Below, in pieces: positions 9,477 through 19,181 of a DNA stretch of 64,000 nucleotides. Under the pieces are notes generated by a model. The model did not search any database. It was not told where the DNA came from and was given only the letters and a program-made list of their open reading frames with translations. The position numbers and the translations under genes are program-made. Source of the DNA: a virus; IMG/VR virus record IMGVR_UViG_3300031576_000038, positions 754-64,753 of that record; one strand, written 5' to 3'. Position 1 is the stretch's first letter, and each line of letters starts with the position of its first letter.

Positions 9477-9648
9477 AGTGTTCGACTTTCGCTTTTGCCG
9501 CCGCCTCTGACCGGGCTTGACAAATAATGCGGCGGTGAATTTTGTGGTCTGCGTGAAAAGACGTATCAGACACAAGCTCAACATCCCACATACCGTACCA
9601 ATCACGCCGCGAATGACGCATCCGACAGTTCGTGCCGGCACTAGCCAT
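9409..9648 (-). CDS. hypothetical protein (alternative overlapping frame)
   Basis: Starts MASAGTNCRMRHSRRDWYGMWDVEL. It overlaps the previous call, so only one of the two, or a frameshifted fusion, is real. Confidence 0.25.
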   Translation of the reverse strand: MASAGTNCRMRHSRRDWYGMWDVELVSDTSFHADHKIHRRIICQARSEAAAKAKVEHYAKWLEDHQRQSRAGQAADSRA

Positions 9649-9668
9649 TACCAGGAAGTCTTTCTTTG

Positions 9669-10691
9669 TCACTGCACTTCCTCCTTGGGTGCCCAATCGG
9701 TGATGGCACCCTCTGGAGGCTGCTTGGCAAGGCCGTGGTTCACAAGCTTCTCAAGAACCAACTGGTTTTGACGTTCCATCGTCATGCCGTCGTTGAAGGC
9801 GACAATGGCGAACTTCGCCCAATCGAACTTATTGGGGTCAAGAGCGCACTCGCTTTCGTGCTGGTCTTGTCCTTTGAATATGTCCATTGTAAAACGAACC
9901 ACCACGCCGCCGTCGCCTTGAACGGCATCAACTTCGTTGGGAAAGCGGATGTCGTCGATGAACGCCACGTCGCCGCCCCAAGCCTTGATTTCGCGAATGC
10001 ACGCCTGAGCCCAGATGTCGCCCCACATGCGGCGAAAGATGCCTGTACCAACCTCTTGCAGCACTTGCCGCGCTGTCATTTGGTCTGTGGCCCCTGGCAC
10101 CTTCATGTAAGTCGGCAAGTATTCCTTCTCGGGCTGACGAATCGGCTGTTCGCCGTTCGGCGATGGAGGAGCCTGGACTTCTGCCGGCTTGTCTTCCTGC
10201 ATTGTGGATGCGAGCCCGACAATGCCGCCAACAACGCCGCCAACGGCAGCGCCGGTCACACTGACACCGGCTCCAATGGCAGCACCGGCAATCGCGCCAT
10301 GCACGAGGCCGCTGGTTGCATCCTTCCATCGCCAATGCTTCGGAGCGCCCTTCTCGTCACGCTCGTTGTTGTAAGCAGTGATGCGGTTGATAATCTCTTG
10401 GAAGTGCGGCAGGTCACCCCATAGGTATCGCGTGGGCGAGTTCTTGTCTTCGTCGGTGCCGTAGACTTGGCGTGGCTCCAGCCCGAGAACCTCGACGGCG
10501 AAGCGCTTGAGTGGCCCGGCCATCGAGAAGCGTTTCACGTTGGTATGCGTGGGAGGAAAGACTTTGTAACCGTCTATCCTCGCCTCACATTGCGGCTGCG
10601 GAAGAATCAGGTCAGCGTAGTTCATCAGGAACCGCACGCTTGTGTTCTTGCCGCTTTGTTTCTTACCGCTGAATCCGATGATTAGAGTCAT
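9669..10691 (-). CDS. deoxynucleoside monophosphate kinase (T4 gp1-like) with glycine-rich hydrophobic insert
   Basis: MTLIIGFSGKKQSGKNT is a P-loop. FSMAGPLKRFA and DDIRFPNE match dNMP kinase. There is an unusual GAIAGAAIGAGVSVTGAAVGGVVGGIVGLAS insert. Confidence 0.6.
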   Translation of the reverse strand: MTLIIGFSGKKQSGKNTSVRFLMNYADLILPQPQCEARIDGYKVFPPTHTNVKRFSMAGPLKRFAVEVLGLEPRQVYGTDEDKNSPTRYLWGDLPHFQEIINRITAYNNERDEKGAPKHWRWKDATSGLVHGAIAGAAIGAGVSVTGAAVGGVVGGIVGLASTMQEDKPAEVQAPPSPNGEQPIRQPEKEYLPTYMKVPGATDQMTARQVLQEVGTGIFRRMWGDIWAQACIREIKAWGGDVAFIDDIRFPNEVDAVQGDGGVVVRFTMDIFKGQDQHESECALDPNKFDWAKFAIVAFNDGMTMERQNQLVLEKLVNHGLAKQPPEGAITDWAPKEEVQ

Positions 10692-10692
10692 G

Positions 10693-11865
10693 TTATCTCC
10701 TGGCCTTTTCTAAGAGCGGCGAGAGCAGTTCCTTGACAGCCGAAGGCTGCATTTCGCCAAGGTCCTTCTTGGGTAGTTCCGGGCGGAAGATTCGATACAG
10801 ACGATGAAGCTGCTTGGTCAATGCTTCAGCGGCTTCGTTGCCTGGTTCGTCGCTATTGGTCAAGATGACGACAGAAATGGCACCTGAAGCTTCCAGGATA
10901 CATTGCTGCTGGTCACTAAGAGACGTGCCAAGCATTCCAACGCCTTGCCCAAAGCCCGACTCTTCGAGTCGCCACACATCCCCTGGGCCTTCACACAACA
11001 GGACTACGCCTGTTGTTTTGATAGTTCGCTGTGCGAACCAAAAATTGTACAGATGGCTTTCACGAGCGAAGCCATCGCTATTCCGCCACTTGGAGCACGC
11101 CTGCGGCGGATACTTGTTACAAAACGTCTCCTGGTCATGCCAGAGCTTGCATCCGTTGCATTGTGGATAGATACTACGAGCAGTGAAGCCGACACAGCAC
11201 GTGTAGTTGTTGTCGTAAATGGGCACAACAACTCTGTTGTAAAACGGTTTTGTTGGGTCCTTGCATAAGCCGGCGTCATATCTGTCGAGCACTTCAGCGG
11301 ACCATCCGCGAAGCTTGAAGTATTCAGCAGGTATGTGAAGGCGGTCGCGAACGTGGGCTCGGGTAACGCTACTCACTGGTACAGCCGGCGCTCTTGTCAC
11401 TACTGAAACAGTAGACGCGAAGGCTCTCTTTTCCAGTTCCTCGTCGTCCACCTTGATAGCCCATAGCTTTTGACCAATGAAGTTGCAACACCAGTCCACG
11501 GCTTCTTTGAAGCTGGCGCTGCGATTGCTGTCGGGGTTCATCCAGTCATACTTCTGATGCGACAGTATACCGCGCACGAAACCAACGATGGTCTTTTTGA
11601 AGAAGGCTTCGCAGTGATGCGTGTTGCATCGCCATTTCCCCGGGAGGTCCCCACTGTGATACAGGTTTAGACCACTTGGATTATCGCCGCCGTGAATTGG
11701 ACAAGCGCCAACGTAAAGCTTGTTTGTCTTGTGCAGGGAAAGGCCCAGTTTGTCGAACAGGTCGTCAAGCCGGCTGCACAGTATGAACTGAAGGGTCTGA
11801 ATACGACCCTGGTCATAATAGATTGAATCTGGCTTCATTCGTCCTCGCATGTATCCAAGGGGCAA
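10693..11865 (-). CDS. dnaG: DNA primase (DnaG-type: zinc finger plus TOPRIM)
   Basis: CPIHGGDNPSGL...CNTHHC zinc finger. TOPRIM motifs LCEGPGD and ILTNSDEPGNEAA. Confidence 0.8.
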   Translation of the reverse strand: MPLGYMRGRMKPDSIYYDQGRIQTLQFILCSRLDDLFDKLGLSLHKTNKLYVGACPIHGGDNPSGLNLYHSGDLPGKWRCNTHHCEAFFKKTIVGFVRGILSHQKYDWMNPDSNRSASFKEAVDWCCNFIGQKLWAIKVDDEELEKRAFASTVSVVTRAPAVPVSSVTRAHVRDRLHIPAEYFKLRGWSAEVLDRYDAGLCKDPTKPFYNRVVVPIYDNNYTCCVGFTARSIYPQCNGCKLWHDQETFCNKYPPQACSKWRNSDGFARESHLYNFWFAQRTIKTTGVVLLCEGPGDVWRLEESGFGQGVGMLGTSLSDQQQCILEASGAISVVILTNSDEPGNEAAEALTKQLHRLYRIFRPELPKKDLGEMQPSAVKELLSPLLEKARR

Positions 11866-12143
11866 TGGCGTCCGCTTCGCGTTGGCTCATCGTCGCGAAG
11901 TTGTGGACAGTGTTCACAGTCGCAATAGTCGTCGCTGTCAGCCTGACAGAGCGTGATAAGACGCTGTTGAAGATGGAGTCGTGGCTTTGGCAGGTTCAAT
12001 TCCGACTCAACGTAGCGCAGCGCCTCATTCGTCAGCCTTGTCAGTTCGGAAACTTCAGCGGCCTTTATCGTCAGGCGGCGAAGCTTTCTCTTGAGAGCTT
12101 TCCTCTGTTTCTCCAAATCCAATTTGTCCTTGTTTTGTGTCAT
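11835..12143 (-). CDS. hypothetical coiled-coil/Cys-rich protein
   Basis: Internal start at MTQNKDK. It overlaps the DnaB 3' end, so the start is uncertain. Confidence 0.3.
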   Translation of the reverse strand: MTQNKDKLDLEKQRKALKRKLRRLTIKAAEVSELTRLTNEALRYVESELNLPKPRLHLQQRLITLCQADSDDYCDCEHCPQLRDDEPTRSGRHCPLDTCEDE

Positions 12144-13569
12144 TGACCACGAATCCTTTCTGAGTGGCCGCAGAGCCTGCTGCCATCTCGCTTTTCGTTG
12201 GCCCTTCAGCAATCTTGGCTCGTTCGTAGGTCGCCCGCATGTTGATGTAGTCGCCGTCTCGGAGACCAGGTCCGTGCCGGCAAATCAGCGGCATCAACTT
12301 GTGAGTATAGGTTCGGGACTCGCCAGACTCGCTGGCTCGTTCCTCGTCGGCCTTCCACTTGTAAATGCTAAAGCTCGTCACATCATCGAGGATACCGTCA
12401 GAGCCACGAATGACTCGGGTGTCTTCGTAGTCAATGCCGTCGCGATTCAATTGCGCGAAGGCCAGGCAGCTGACGCCGTACCGCCCCATGAAGTTCTTCA
12501 GCCCGCTCGTCATAAAGCGGAGTAGTTGGTGCTCGGCGATGTTGTTCTTGATGGCCGTCGCACTGATGAGCTTCAGGTAGTCGAATATGATGACGCACGG
12601 ATTCGCCTTGCCGTTGCCGGCGAGCCCAACGGTTCGCATGACCCAACGGCGCATCCGTGCCAGGATGTCCTCGAACTCCATTCCAATGACAGAATCGTAG
12701 AAATACGGAAACGTAGAAAGACGCTCCGATGCCTCCATCAGCCGCTTCTTCTCTTCCCTGCTAAGTTTGCCCCTCTCGATACTTTCGCTAGGGATGTCCG
12801 CGAGACAGGCCCCCACGCGAATCTGGTGCTCTTCCTTCGTCATCTCACGGTCGATGTTGAGTACCGGGACCTTCACCACGCCCGCGATGTGCAGGCCGAT
12901 GTTGTCCACCAGGAACGTCTTGCCAGACTTCTGGCGGGCTCCGATGAGGTCAACGCCATTGCCCCTCAAGCCGCCGCCAATGGCCCTGTTGTAGCGTGTG
13001 TAGGGCGTTGGAACGCCCATCATCTGGCGCGGGTTGTCAATCAGGTACTGGTAGTATTCGGCGGCACCTTCACCCATCAGGCCAGGTCCGGACGAGTTCC
13101 CGCCAGCCAGCCGCGTAGCGAACTCGCAAATCGGGTTCTCAGCCAGGCCGACGATTTCTTCGAGCGGCTCGTCGCCGGTGACCGCTTCCAGCCTGGGCTC
13201 GATGGCCTTGACCTCACCCTTGAGGTCGCGGGTGATTTCCAGCTTACGAACGCGAGCCGCCAGGTGTCGAACTGTCGGCGGCTCAACCACCATCTTCATG
13301 ACGCCGCGCAAGTGAGCGGCGTCTTCTGTCTTGTCGAAGGCGCTGCTCAGGCCAAGCGAGTTGGCTGCGGAGAGCACCGAAGGGAAGTCAACCTTGTCCA
13401 CCTGGCGGTCTCGAAGTATGTGTTCGAGGCACGCGAATAAAATCTGATTGGTCCTGATGGCGAAGCTTTCCGTCCTGACGATGTCGGCCACGTCCATGTA
13501 GGCGTTCGAGCCAAACAGGAAGAGGCCGGCGAGCACGCCGCGTTCTGCGGCCGGGTCCACGAGAATCAT
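12055..13569 (-). CDS. dnaB: replicative DNA helicase (DnaB family)
   Basis: DnaB N-domain ERGVLAGLFL, Walker A GARQKSGKT and RecA-like core motifs. Start at MILVDPAAERG overlaps the upstream stop as ATGA. Confidence 0.85.
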   Translation of the reverse strand: MILVDPAAERGVLAGLFLFGSNAYMDVADIVRTESFAIRTNQILFACLEHILRDRQVDKVDFPSVLSAANSLGLSSAFDKTEDAAHLRGVMKMVVEPPTVRHLAARVRKLEITRDLKGEVKAIEPRLEAVTGDEPLEEIVGLAENPICEFATRLAGGNSSGPGLMGEGAAEYYQYLIDNPRQMMGVPTPYTRYNRAIGGGLRGNGVDLIGARQKSGKTFLVDNIGLHIAGVVKVPVLNIDREMTKEEHQIRVGACLADIPSESIERGKLSREEKKRLMEASERLSTFPYFYDSVIGMEFEDILARMRRWVMRTVGLAGNGKANPCVIIFDYLKLISATAIKNNIAEHQLLRFMTSGLKNFMGRYGVSCLAFAQLNRDGIDYEDTRVIRGSDGILDDVTSFSIYKWKADEERASESGESRTYTHKLMPLICRHGPGLRDGDYINMRATYERAKIAEGPTKSEMAAGSAATQKGFVVNDTKQGQIGFGETEESSQEKASPPDDKGR

Positions 13570-14270
13570 TTCACTGCCCTCGCGATGCAACTGTTGCAGA
13601 TGTATGAGCCGCGTTCGTCGTCTTTGCTGAGCCGGCGCGGAGCAGCGTTCGGATTCACTTCCTCCGTGCGGTCGCATTTGCTGCATTTCAGCGTCACCAT
13701 CTTCACTGGCGGACGCCTCGGACTCGGTGCCTTGGGCAGCACCTTCTTGTCGAACTCAGATTCCGCTGCGGCCAGTTGGCCGTCATCCACAAATGTGTTC
13801 GTCATGCCAGGCTTGAACGGTAGTTTGCGGGCCTCCCTCTTCCCGTCTTCACGCACCTGCTGGGCTGGCTCGTTGTGTTGAACTCGGAACTTCGCGTATT
13901 CATCTTCCGGTTCGGGTTCTGGTTCCGGCTCTAAGTCAGGCAGCTTCGTACCGGCCGGAGCGCCGGCGAGTTGGCCGTTCTCGGCAAACCGTTGAGCGAG
14001 CTTGTGAGCAACCTCTTTTGCCTTGCTCTTCTTCTTTGGCTTCACCGCTTCGGTCTTGGCCGCTTCGCGTTCTTGGTAAGCCTTCTCAGCCGGCTCAAGC
14101 ATCGAGTTGCACTTGTCACGCAGTTCCATGACAAGCGCGTGCCAACTGCCGCCAGCGTGAGCATGTGGGACAATGGCTTCCCCGGTCAGTGCCGTGTAGC
14201 CATCGCATACCAGTTGCCAGTTTGCCGATTTGATGCCTTTGCGAATCAGGTCCAGGGGGGTAGCCATCAT
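13566..14270 (-). CDS. hypothetical protein with C-terminal zinc ribbon
   Basis: 234 aa with CSKC...CNSC at the C-terminus and an acidic EPEPEPEPE linker. Confidence 0.45.
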   Translation of the reverse strand: MMATPLDLIRKGIKSANWQLVCDGYTALTGEAIVPHAHAGGSWHALVMELRDKCNSMLEPAEKAYQEREAAKTEAVKPKKKSKAKEVAHKLAQRFAENGQLAGAPAGTKLPDLEPEPEPEPEDEYAKFRVQHNEPAQQVREDGKREARKLPFKPGMTNTFVDDGQLAAAESEFDKKVLPKAPSPRRPPVKMVTLKCSKCDRTEEVNPNAAPRRLSKDDERGSYICNSCIARAVK

Positions 14271-14596
14271 TGGCCTCTCTTTGCTTGTCTGAGCCCGTCG
14301 AGCGCTTTGGCCAGGGCTTCCACTTTGGCAGCCAGGAAGCTGATGCGGTCTTGCCGAATCAGCGCGTGAACACGAATACGTTCGAGCTTCTGAGCGGCCT
14401 GGTTCTGGCTGATTGCTCCAAGACGCCGCTCTTCATAGCCGTAGCCCTTCTGATGTCCGAGTTTCGCACCGATGAGTCGTTTGATGGACTCGTCGGCCCA
14501 CCGCACCCGAGATGATTCCACGTTGACGGCTCGTTGCAAATGAGCAGAGAAGAAGAGGAGCACCACGGCGGCTTCGCCACACTCGACCGCCGACAT
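14267..14596 (-). CDS. hypothetical protein
   Basis: Start trimmed to MSAVECGE so it does not overlap the DUF559 gene. The long Ser/Thr-rich N-extension is doubtful. Confidence 0.3.
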   Translation of the reverse strand: MSAVECGEAAVVLLFFSAHLQRAVNVESSRVRWADESIKRLIGAKLGHQKGYGYEERRLGAISQNQAAQKLERIRVHALIRQDRISFLAAKVEALAKALDGLRQAKRGQ

Positions 14597-14687
14597 GCGC
14601 GGAAGCTGTGAATGGTCAAGCGCAAGCAGTCGCGTTGCTTCGCTGGCCGTATTCGGATTGATGTTCGCCGGCAGGCCCAGGCTCAAC

Positions 14688-15020
14688 TCATACTGGTTCA
14701 GAATCCTGTCCAGATGGGCCAAGGACTCTTCCGGTCCATTGCTCGTCGGTTTCGTCGTGGGGCAGTTCGACGTGGGTGATGCCGTTGAGTTCGCACCAGC
14801 GCCGCTTTCGATTGTCGCGTCCGCGCCCCTTGAGGAATCCGAGTTTGTGTCGGTGGAAGTGGGGGACGAATTGATAATGCTGTTCGCCATGTACTTCTAC
14901 CAATAGTTTGCGCGGCGGGATGTAAAAATCGGCTTCGAGCCCGCCTGTTCCTGGAAGCCATACCTCTTCGAGACGCTGGTCAAACGGAAAAATCTTTTCG
15001 AGAAGCTGACGAGCCCGCAT
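14688..15020 (-). CDS. DUF559 (Vsr-like) endonuclease-domain protein
   Basis: ADFYIPPRKLLVEVHGEQHY and RDNRKRRWCELNGITHVEL fit the DUF559 pattern aDFy..klviEvDG..H...D..R...L...G..vlR. Confidence 0.5.
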   Translation of the reverse strand: MRARQLLEKIFPFDQRLEEVWLPGTGGLEADFYIPPRKLLVEVHGEQHYQFVPHFHRHKLGFLKGRGRDNRKRRWCELNGITHVELPHDETDEQWTGRVLGPSGQDSEPV

Positions 15021-15097
15021 ATGGTTAGCTGATGGCTTCTCGCTTGGGTTGGTCCTTGGTCGCCATGCGTATTCCTGACCGTCCAGTCCTACAATTT

Positions 15098-16186
15098 TCA
15101 CTCGCTGTCTCCACTCGTTGGGGTGCCGACAATGCCGCGAAGCTTGTCCTCCAGGAGCTTGACCCATTCCGGGTTCTCAAGCAGGGCCTGGTAGACCTTC
15201 TCGCCGCCCTGATACTTTGGCGGCTTCTTCTCGTCCACGAACTTCAGGACGAACCATGAGCCGCTAAGCTCGACCAGGCCCGCGTCCATGCCCAGCACGA
15301 TAGCCTCATAGAGCTTGTCGATGCCGGTGCCGAAGCGAATGTGTGACACAGCCGTCATGCCGGGAATCATCAACTTGCTGGTGTTGCAGGCCCAATTTAT
15401 CTTGAGCCCGATTTGCTCTTCGCCGGCCTTCCACGCTTCCTTGCCGATGGTGCGGAGCATGTAGTCGTACTGGTACTGCACAGCCCTGGCTGACCGCTCC
15501 GATAGACGCTGCGTCTTGATGTCGGAAATCAGATGCGAAATGACCAGCATGATGGTTCGGTTGACGGGAACCACCTGGCTCATCTGACGCACGAACTGCG
15601 AGAACAGACGAGCGCCACCGGCAATGCCGCCGCTCTCGCCAATCTCGGCGTTGAGTTCTCCTTGGTCACATAGGGCCGAGGCCGAATCCAGGATGACGCA
15701 ACAGCCCGGGATGTCCTTGACACAACGGGCGACAATCCGCAGATGCTCGTGAGCCGGCAGAATGTGGCCTGGGCGCGACTGAATGATGCGGAACTTGTCC
15801 TTACTCAGGTCGAGTCCCTTGATGCCAGACAGCACGTTCCGGGCAAGCCGGCCTTCGACCTTGGCGTAGATGACCACTCGATTGCCGTTCTCCGGCTGCT
15901 GGCAGGCTGCCGCAATGCACAGAGCCAGCGTGGTCTTACCAGTCTTCGGATTGCCTGTAATGCCCACCCAGCTGCCTTCCTCGATGCCGCCAGTGATGGA
16001 GTCGATGGCCGGGCTGGTGGGGACAATTTGCGGAGTCGCGCTCAGTGCATCGGAGCCCGGAACGAAGACGCCGGCCCCGTATTCCTTGTCCAAGTCTTTG
16101 ACGATGCGGGCCATCACTGCCCCAACATCGACAACGTCGTCGGGCGGCTCGATAATCTCTTGTTCTTGTTTTGGTTTCTTAGCCAT
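15098..16186 (-). CDS. RecA/UvsX-like recombinase
   Basis: Walker A GNPKTGKTTLAL. Blocks YGAGV...GGIEEG and ILDSASAL are RecA-like. Confidence 0.75.
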   Translation of the reverse strand: MAKKPKQEQEIIEPPDDVVDVGAVMARIVKDLDKEYGAGVFVPGSDALSATPQIVPTSPAIDSITGGIEEGSWVGITGNPKTGKTTLALCIAAACQQPENGNRVVIYAKVEGRLARNVLSGIKGLDLSKDKFRIIQSRPGHILPAHEHLRIVARCVKDIPGCCVILDSASALCDQGELNAEIGESGGIAGGARLFSQFVRQMSQVVPVNRTIMLVISHLISDIKTQRLSERSARAVQYQYDYMLRTIGKEAWKAGEEQIGLKINWACNTSKLMIPGMTAVSHIRFGTGIDKLYEAIVLGMDAGLVELSGSWFVLKFVDEKKPPKYQGGEKVYQALLENPEWVKLLEDKLRGIVGTPTSGDSE

Positions 16187-16758
16187 TAGAGACCCTTCAG
16201 TGTTGACGCTGTTGATTGCTTGGGAACAAACGGCTTTCGCGGTTCCTCCACAACTTCCTCAGCAGGAAGAGGAGGGGGCGGCGGCGCTTGTTCCGCTAGT
16301 TCCTTGGCTCTATTCATTCTTTCCTGCTCAGCGTGAATGAGCGGAGTGAACCAAGCTGCTGAGAAGCTCATTACCTTCTTCCCCTTCGGCGAGCGAAGAG
16401 CGGCGATGATTGCTTCGAGGCTGTATGACTTGAGCAACGTGTAAGCCTGCGTTCGCTGCAAGGCGTACAATTGCTTCCACTGGTCTTGCTCCCAAAAACG
16501 GTCCGGCAGCCGGAGTCCATTGGCCCTGGCATTGCGGTCCATCATGTTCTCTGCCAGGTACTGGCCGGCGTCTAAATCGCGGCTGGACCCAAACCGCGAC
16601 TTGTAGATTTGCTTGCGCGAGTGCGTATCCTCAGCCTTGACACGACTCATGTTGAAGCACTGACGATTACAACTCTTCCGTTTCGCAAACGCTGATGGAG
16701 CTTCGCCATCGCGCTTGACCAAAGGTTGGCCGCAGCCAACACAAATGCGAGCTTCCAT
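16186..16758 (-). CDS. hypothetical protein with N-terminal zinc finger
   Basis: CVGCGQP...C..C motif. Proline-rich C-terminus. Confidence 0.45.
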   Translation of the reverse strand: MEARICVGCGQPLVKRDGEAPSAFAKRKSCNRQCFNMSRVKAEDTHSRKQIYKSRFGSSRDLDAGQYLAENMMDRNARANGLRLPDRFWEQDQWKQLYALQRTQAYTLLKSYSLEAIIAALRSPKGKKVMSFSAAWFTPLIHAEQERMNRAKELAEQAPPPPPLPAEEVVEEPRKPFVPKQSTASTLKGL

Positions 16759-16760
16759 GT

Positions 16761-17510
16761 TTAGTCCTCGAACAGTTGATGGTAACGCTTCTTGAACTCC
16801 ATCTCGGCCCGGTCGGGCAGCCAGAACTCCTCGATGCGCATGTCACCAGGGACTCGCGCGAGGCGGTCAACAGTTCGGAGGTAGCCGGTTGTGGTTACGT
16901 CACGGATTTCTGTGCAGAGCATCACGTCGTCAATGTGTTTGACGGCCTTGTGCGTCTGTTCGTCGAGCGGCAGATTGAAGTGTTGGTAGACGACTTGCAT
17001 CATGCGAGCTTCCAGCGATTTGTACACGTCGCCGAGAATGCGCTTGAGGGGCGTGATGACATCCGACAGATATGTCTCAGTCGCATCGTGAACCAAGAAC
17101 GCCTTTTTGTAAGGCTCGCTAATGAGCCAACTACCGATGACGCTATGTTGGGCCACGCTATAGAACTTCTTAGCTTGCCCGCCATACCGACAGAGGTTAG
17201 CGAGGGCATGAGCAATGTCTTCGATGCGAATGTCTTGCGGGCGCGGGTCCTCAAGCCAAATGCGATAGCCTGAGTAAAGCGGAATCCAGGTGCCCTTGCG
17301 GTCCGCGTTGTGTTCCGCGTCCCATGTCGCCATCTCACGAAGGCGATTGGCGATGGCCTCTTGGTTGCCCGTCATTTCTTCTTCGACCCAAAGCTTCTCT
17401 CGTTCGCAGAGCTTGGGGTCTTCAAGACAGGACTGTAGTTTGATGACCGCCTGTTGGTCACGAGTATTGGCCGCAGCCAGGGCCACATAGTCGCGTTCGT
17501 TCGTAATCAT
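16761..17510 (-). CDS. HD-domain phosphohydrolase (YfbR-like 5'-deoxynucleotidase family)
   Basis: YSVAQHS and HDATETYLSD are HD motifs. Start MITNER overlaps the upstream stop as ATGA. Confidence 0.55.
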   Translation of the reverse strand: MITNERDYVALAAANTRDQQAVIKLQSCLEDPKLCEREKLWVEEEMTGNQEAIANRLREMATWDAEHNADRKGTWIPLYSGYRIWLEDPRPQDIRIEDIAHALANLCRYGGQAKKFYSVAQHSVIGSWLISEPYKKAFLVHDATETYLSDVITPLKRILGDVYKSLEARMMQVVYQHFNLPLDEQTHKAVKHIDDVMLCTEIRDVTTTGYLRTVDRLARVPGDMRIEEFWLPDRAEMEFKKRYHQLFED

Positions 17511-17830
17511 TTGTCGCTCCTTTGCGGGACATACTGGCAGCCCCAGCCGAGCTTGCGACATCGCCGCTCGTCCTGAGACCAGCCAAACTCTTCTAAGAAG
17601 CGCCTGAGCTTCAGCGCGCCGGCTTCGATGGTGTTCTTGTCGAACAGGAGCGTCTCTGGCTCACTGCGACAGTCCTTGAAGTCGAAACGCTTCACGCCCT
17701 TCTCGTCGGACTTGACGACGAGAGCGATGCCGAACAAATGCAGGATGGTGCGATTGATTTCAAACAACAAACCTGAATCAATAAGGTACTCGATGGATAA
17801 CTTGTCTTTTGCCCAATTCGTCTTGGCCAT
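17507..17830 (-). CDS. hypothetical protein
   Basis: 107 aa ORF. Confidence 0.4.
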   Translation of the reverse strand: MAKTNWAKDKLSIEYLIDSGLLFEINRTILHLFGIALVVKSDEKGVKRFDFKDCRSEPETLLFDKNTIEAGALKLRRFLEEFGWSQDERRCRKLGWGCQYVPQRSDK

Positions 17831-17878
17831 AGTCGCGCTCCTTTTCGGGGTGACGCGACCATATAGCCAAAGAGTGGC

Positions 17879-18253
17879 CTAGTTGAAAGGCTCGTTTGGA
17901 CGAATTTTGTGAAGATTTTTTTCGTGCTCTTTGAAGAAAGCGTCGTTGCGTTTGGGCTTGCCAGGCTTCGTGATGAACGGACTTGTGCCTTCAGCGGCGT
18001 CGTCGTCCATCGCCTGGTCCCCGGTCATCGCTACGATGCCCTTGCCGGTCTCGAAGTTGGCGAGCTTCTTCTTCTTTGGCTTCGGCTTCTTCTGCGATTC
18101 AGGGAGCTTGTCCAGGACCTCCTGAACCAGGTCCTGGGCGAGCCCGAGGTCCGTTGCCAGTTCTTCGGCCGTCTTCTGGCCGGCGTGCTCTTCGATGTAA
18201 AAGACCTCAGCCTTGTTGGGATGGGTCTCAATCTTCTTCTTTGCCTTGGCCAT
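17879..18253 (-). CDS. hypothetical lysine-rich protein
   Basis: Start at MAKAKKKIETHP. Carries a KKPKPKKKK tract. Confidence 0.4.
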   Translation of the reverse strand: MAKAKKKIETHPNKAEVFYIEEHAGQKTAEELATDLGLAQDLVQEVLDKLPESQKKPKPKKKKLANFETGKGIVAMTGDQAMDDDAAEGTSPFITKPGKPKRNDAFFKEHEKNLHKIRPNEPFN

Positions 18254-18254
18254 A

Positions 18255-18614
18255 TTAGGCCCTTTCCGCTTGGTGAAGGAACAGCGGATTGTCTGTTTCA
18301 AGGAAGCGCACGTAAGAATCGAACGCCTCCTTGGTCGCCTTCACGAAGGCGTACTCCGCTTTGCTGTCATGGATTGGCCAGTTCGGGTTGTAGAGCTTGC
18401 CGGCGTTGTTGCCGGTGGTTGCCCGCTTCAGCCAGTATCGTTCGATGCTTGTCGCGCAATCTTTTGCACGCTTGGCAAGACAGTTTGCCGCGTCAGGCTC
18501 GACGCGCTTGCCGCCAAGAGCGAAGCCATCGACTGTGACCGCTCCCTGCACAACGTCAGGTTCGGCCGGCTTGATGGTGTGGACGACGTAGTCATCTTGT
18601 AAGAGGCTTGGCAT
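18255..18614 (-). CDS. hypothetical protein
   Basis: Internal start at MPSLLQDDYV. Confidence 0.3.
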   Translation of the reverse strand: MPSLLQDDYVVHTIKPAEPDVVQGAVTVDGFALGGKRVEPDAANCLAKRAKDCATSIERYWLKRATTGNNAGKLYNPNWPIHDSKAEYAFVKATKEAFDSYVRFLETDNPLFLHQAERA

Positions 18615-18984
18615 CGGGATTCGCTTTCTTGATGGTGAAATTGAACGTGTCGCCGTCGCATTGAAACTCTTCAACGACGGTCGATGGAATATCATCTTCG
18701 GCGTCATCCTCTTTGATTTCGCCGTAGCCGCCGATGTGAAAGCCGCCCTGCACTTCGATAACAAAACTGCTATCGCCGCAGAACGGGCACGTCGCGCGAA
18801 TCTTCCAGGTTTCGGTTTCGTGTGGTCGGGTACGCCAGATGTCCATGAGGATGGCGTTGCAATTGGAACAGGCAGGATAGATGTGGTTGCCGTCTTGGAG
18901 GTTGCCAGCAATCTTCTCAGCCACTTCTTCTTCGCGGACTTTGCGGCCATGCTTCAATGCAGCGAGACTTTGATTCGGATTCAT
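18592..18984 (-). CDS. hypothetical zinc-ribbon protein
   Basis: Start at MNPNQS. CSNC...CPFC motifs. Confidence 0.4.
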   Translation of the reverse strand: MNPNQSLAALKHGRKVREEEVAEKIAGNLQDGNHIYPACSNCNAILMDIWRTRPHETETWKIRATCPFCGDSSFVIEVQGGFHIGGYGEIKEDDAEDDIPSTVVEEFQCDGDTFNFTIKKANPDAKPLTR

Positions 18985-19181
18985 CGAGCTTTCAACTCCT
19001 TGAGAAGCTGTTCGAGCTTCTGTATTGCCTCTTCTCTGTTTGAGCCGTCGATGACAATCGGAAACTGTCTGACCTTGTGAACTGGTGAGCCAGAACACTC
19101 TCCGGTTTTCAGCATCTCATGCACTTCAGCGTAGAGCCAGATGACCGCGCGGTGCGGTGCGTCGGGGTTGCTCTGTATCAT
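18981..19181 (-). CDS. hypothetical protein
   Basis: 66 aa ORF. Confidence 0.35.
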   Translation of the reverse strand: MIQSNPDAPHRAVIWLYAEVHEMLKTGECSGSPVHKVRQFPIVIDGSNREEAIQKLEQLLKELKAR

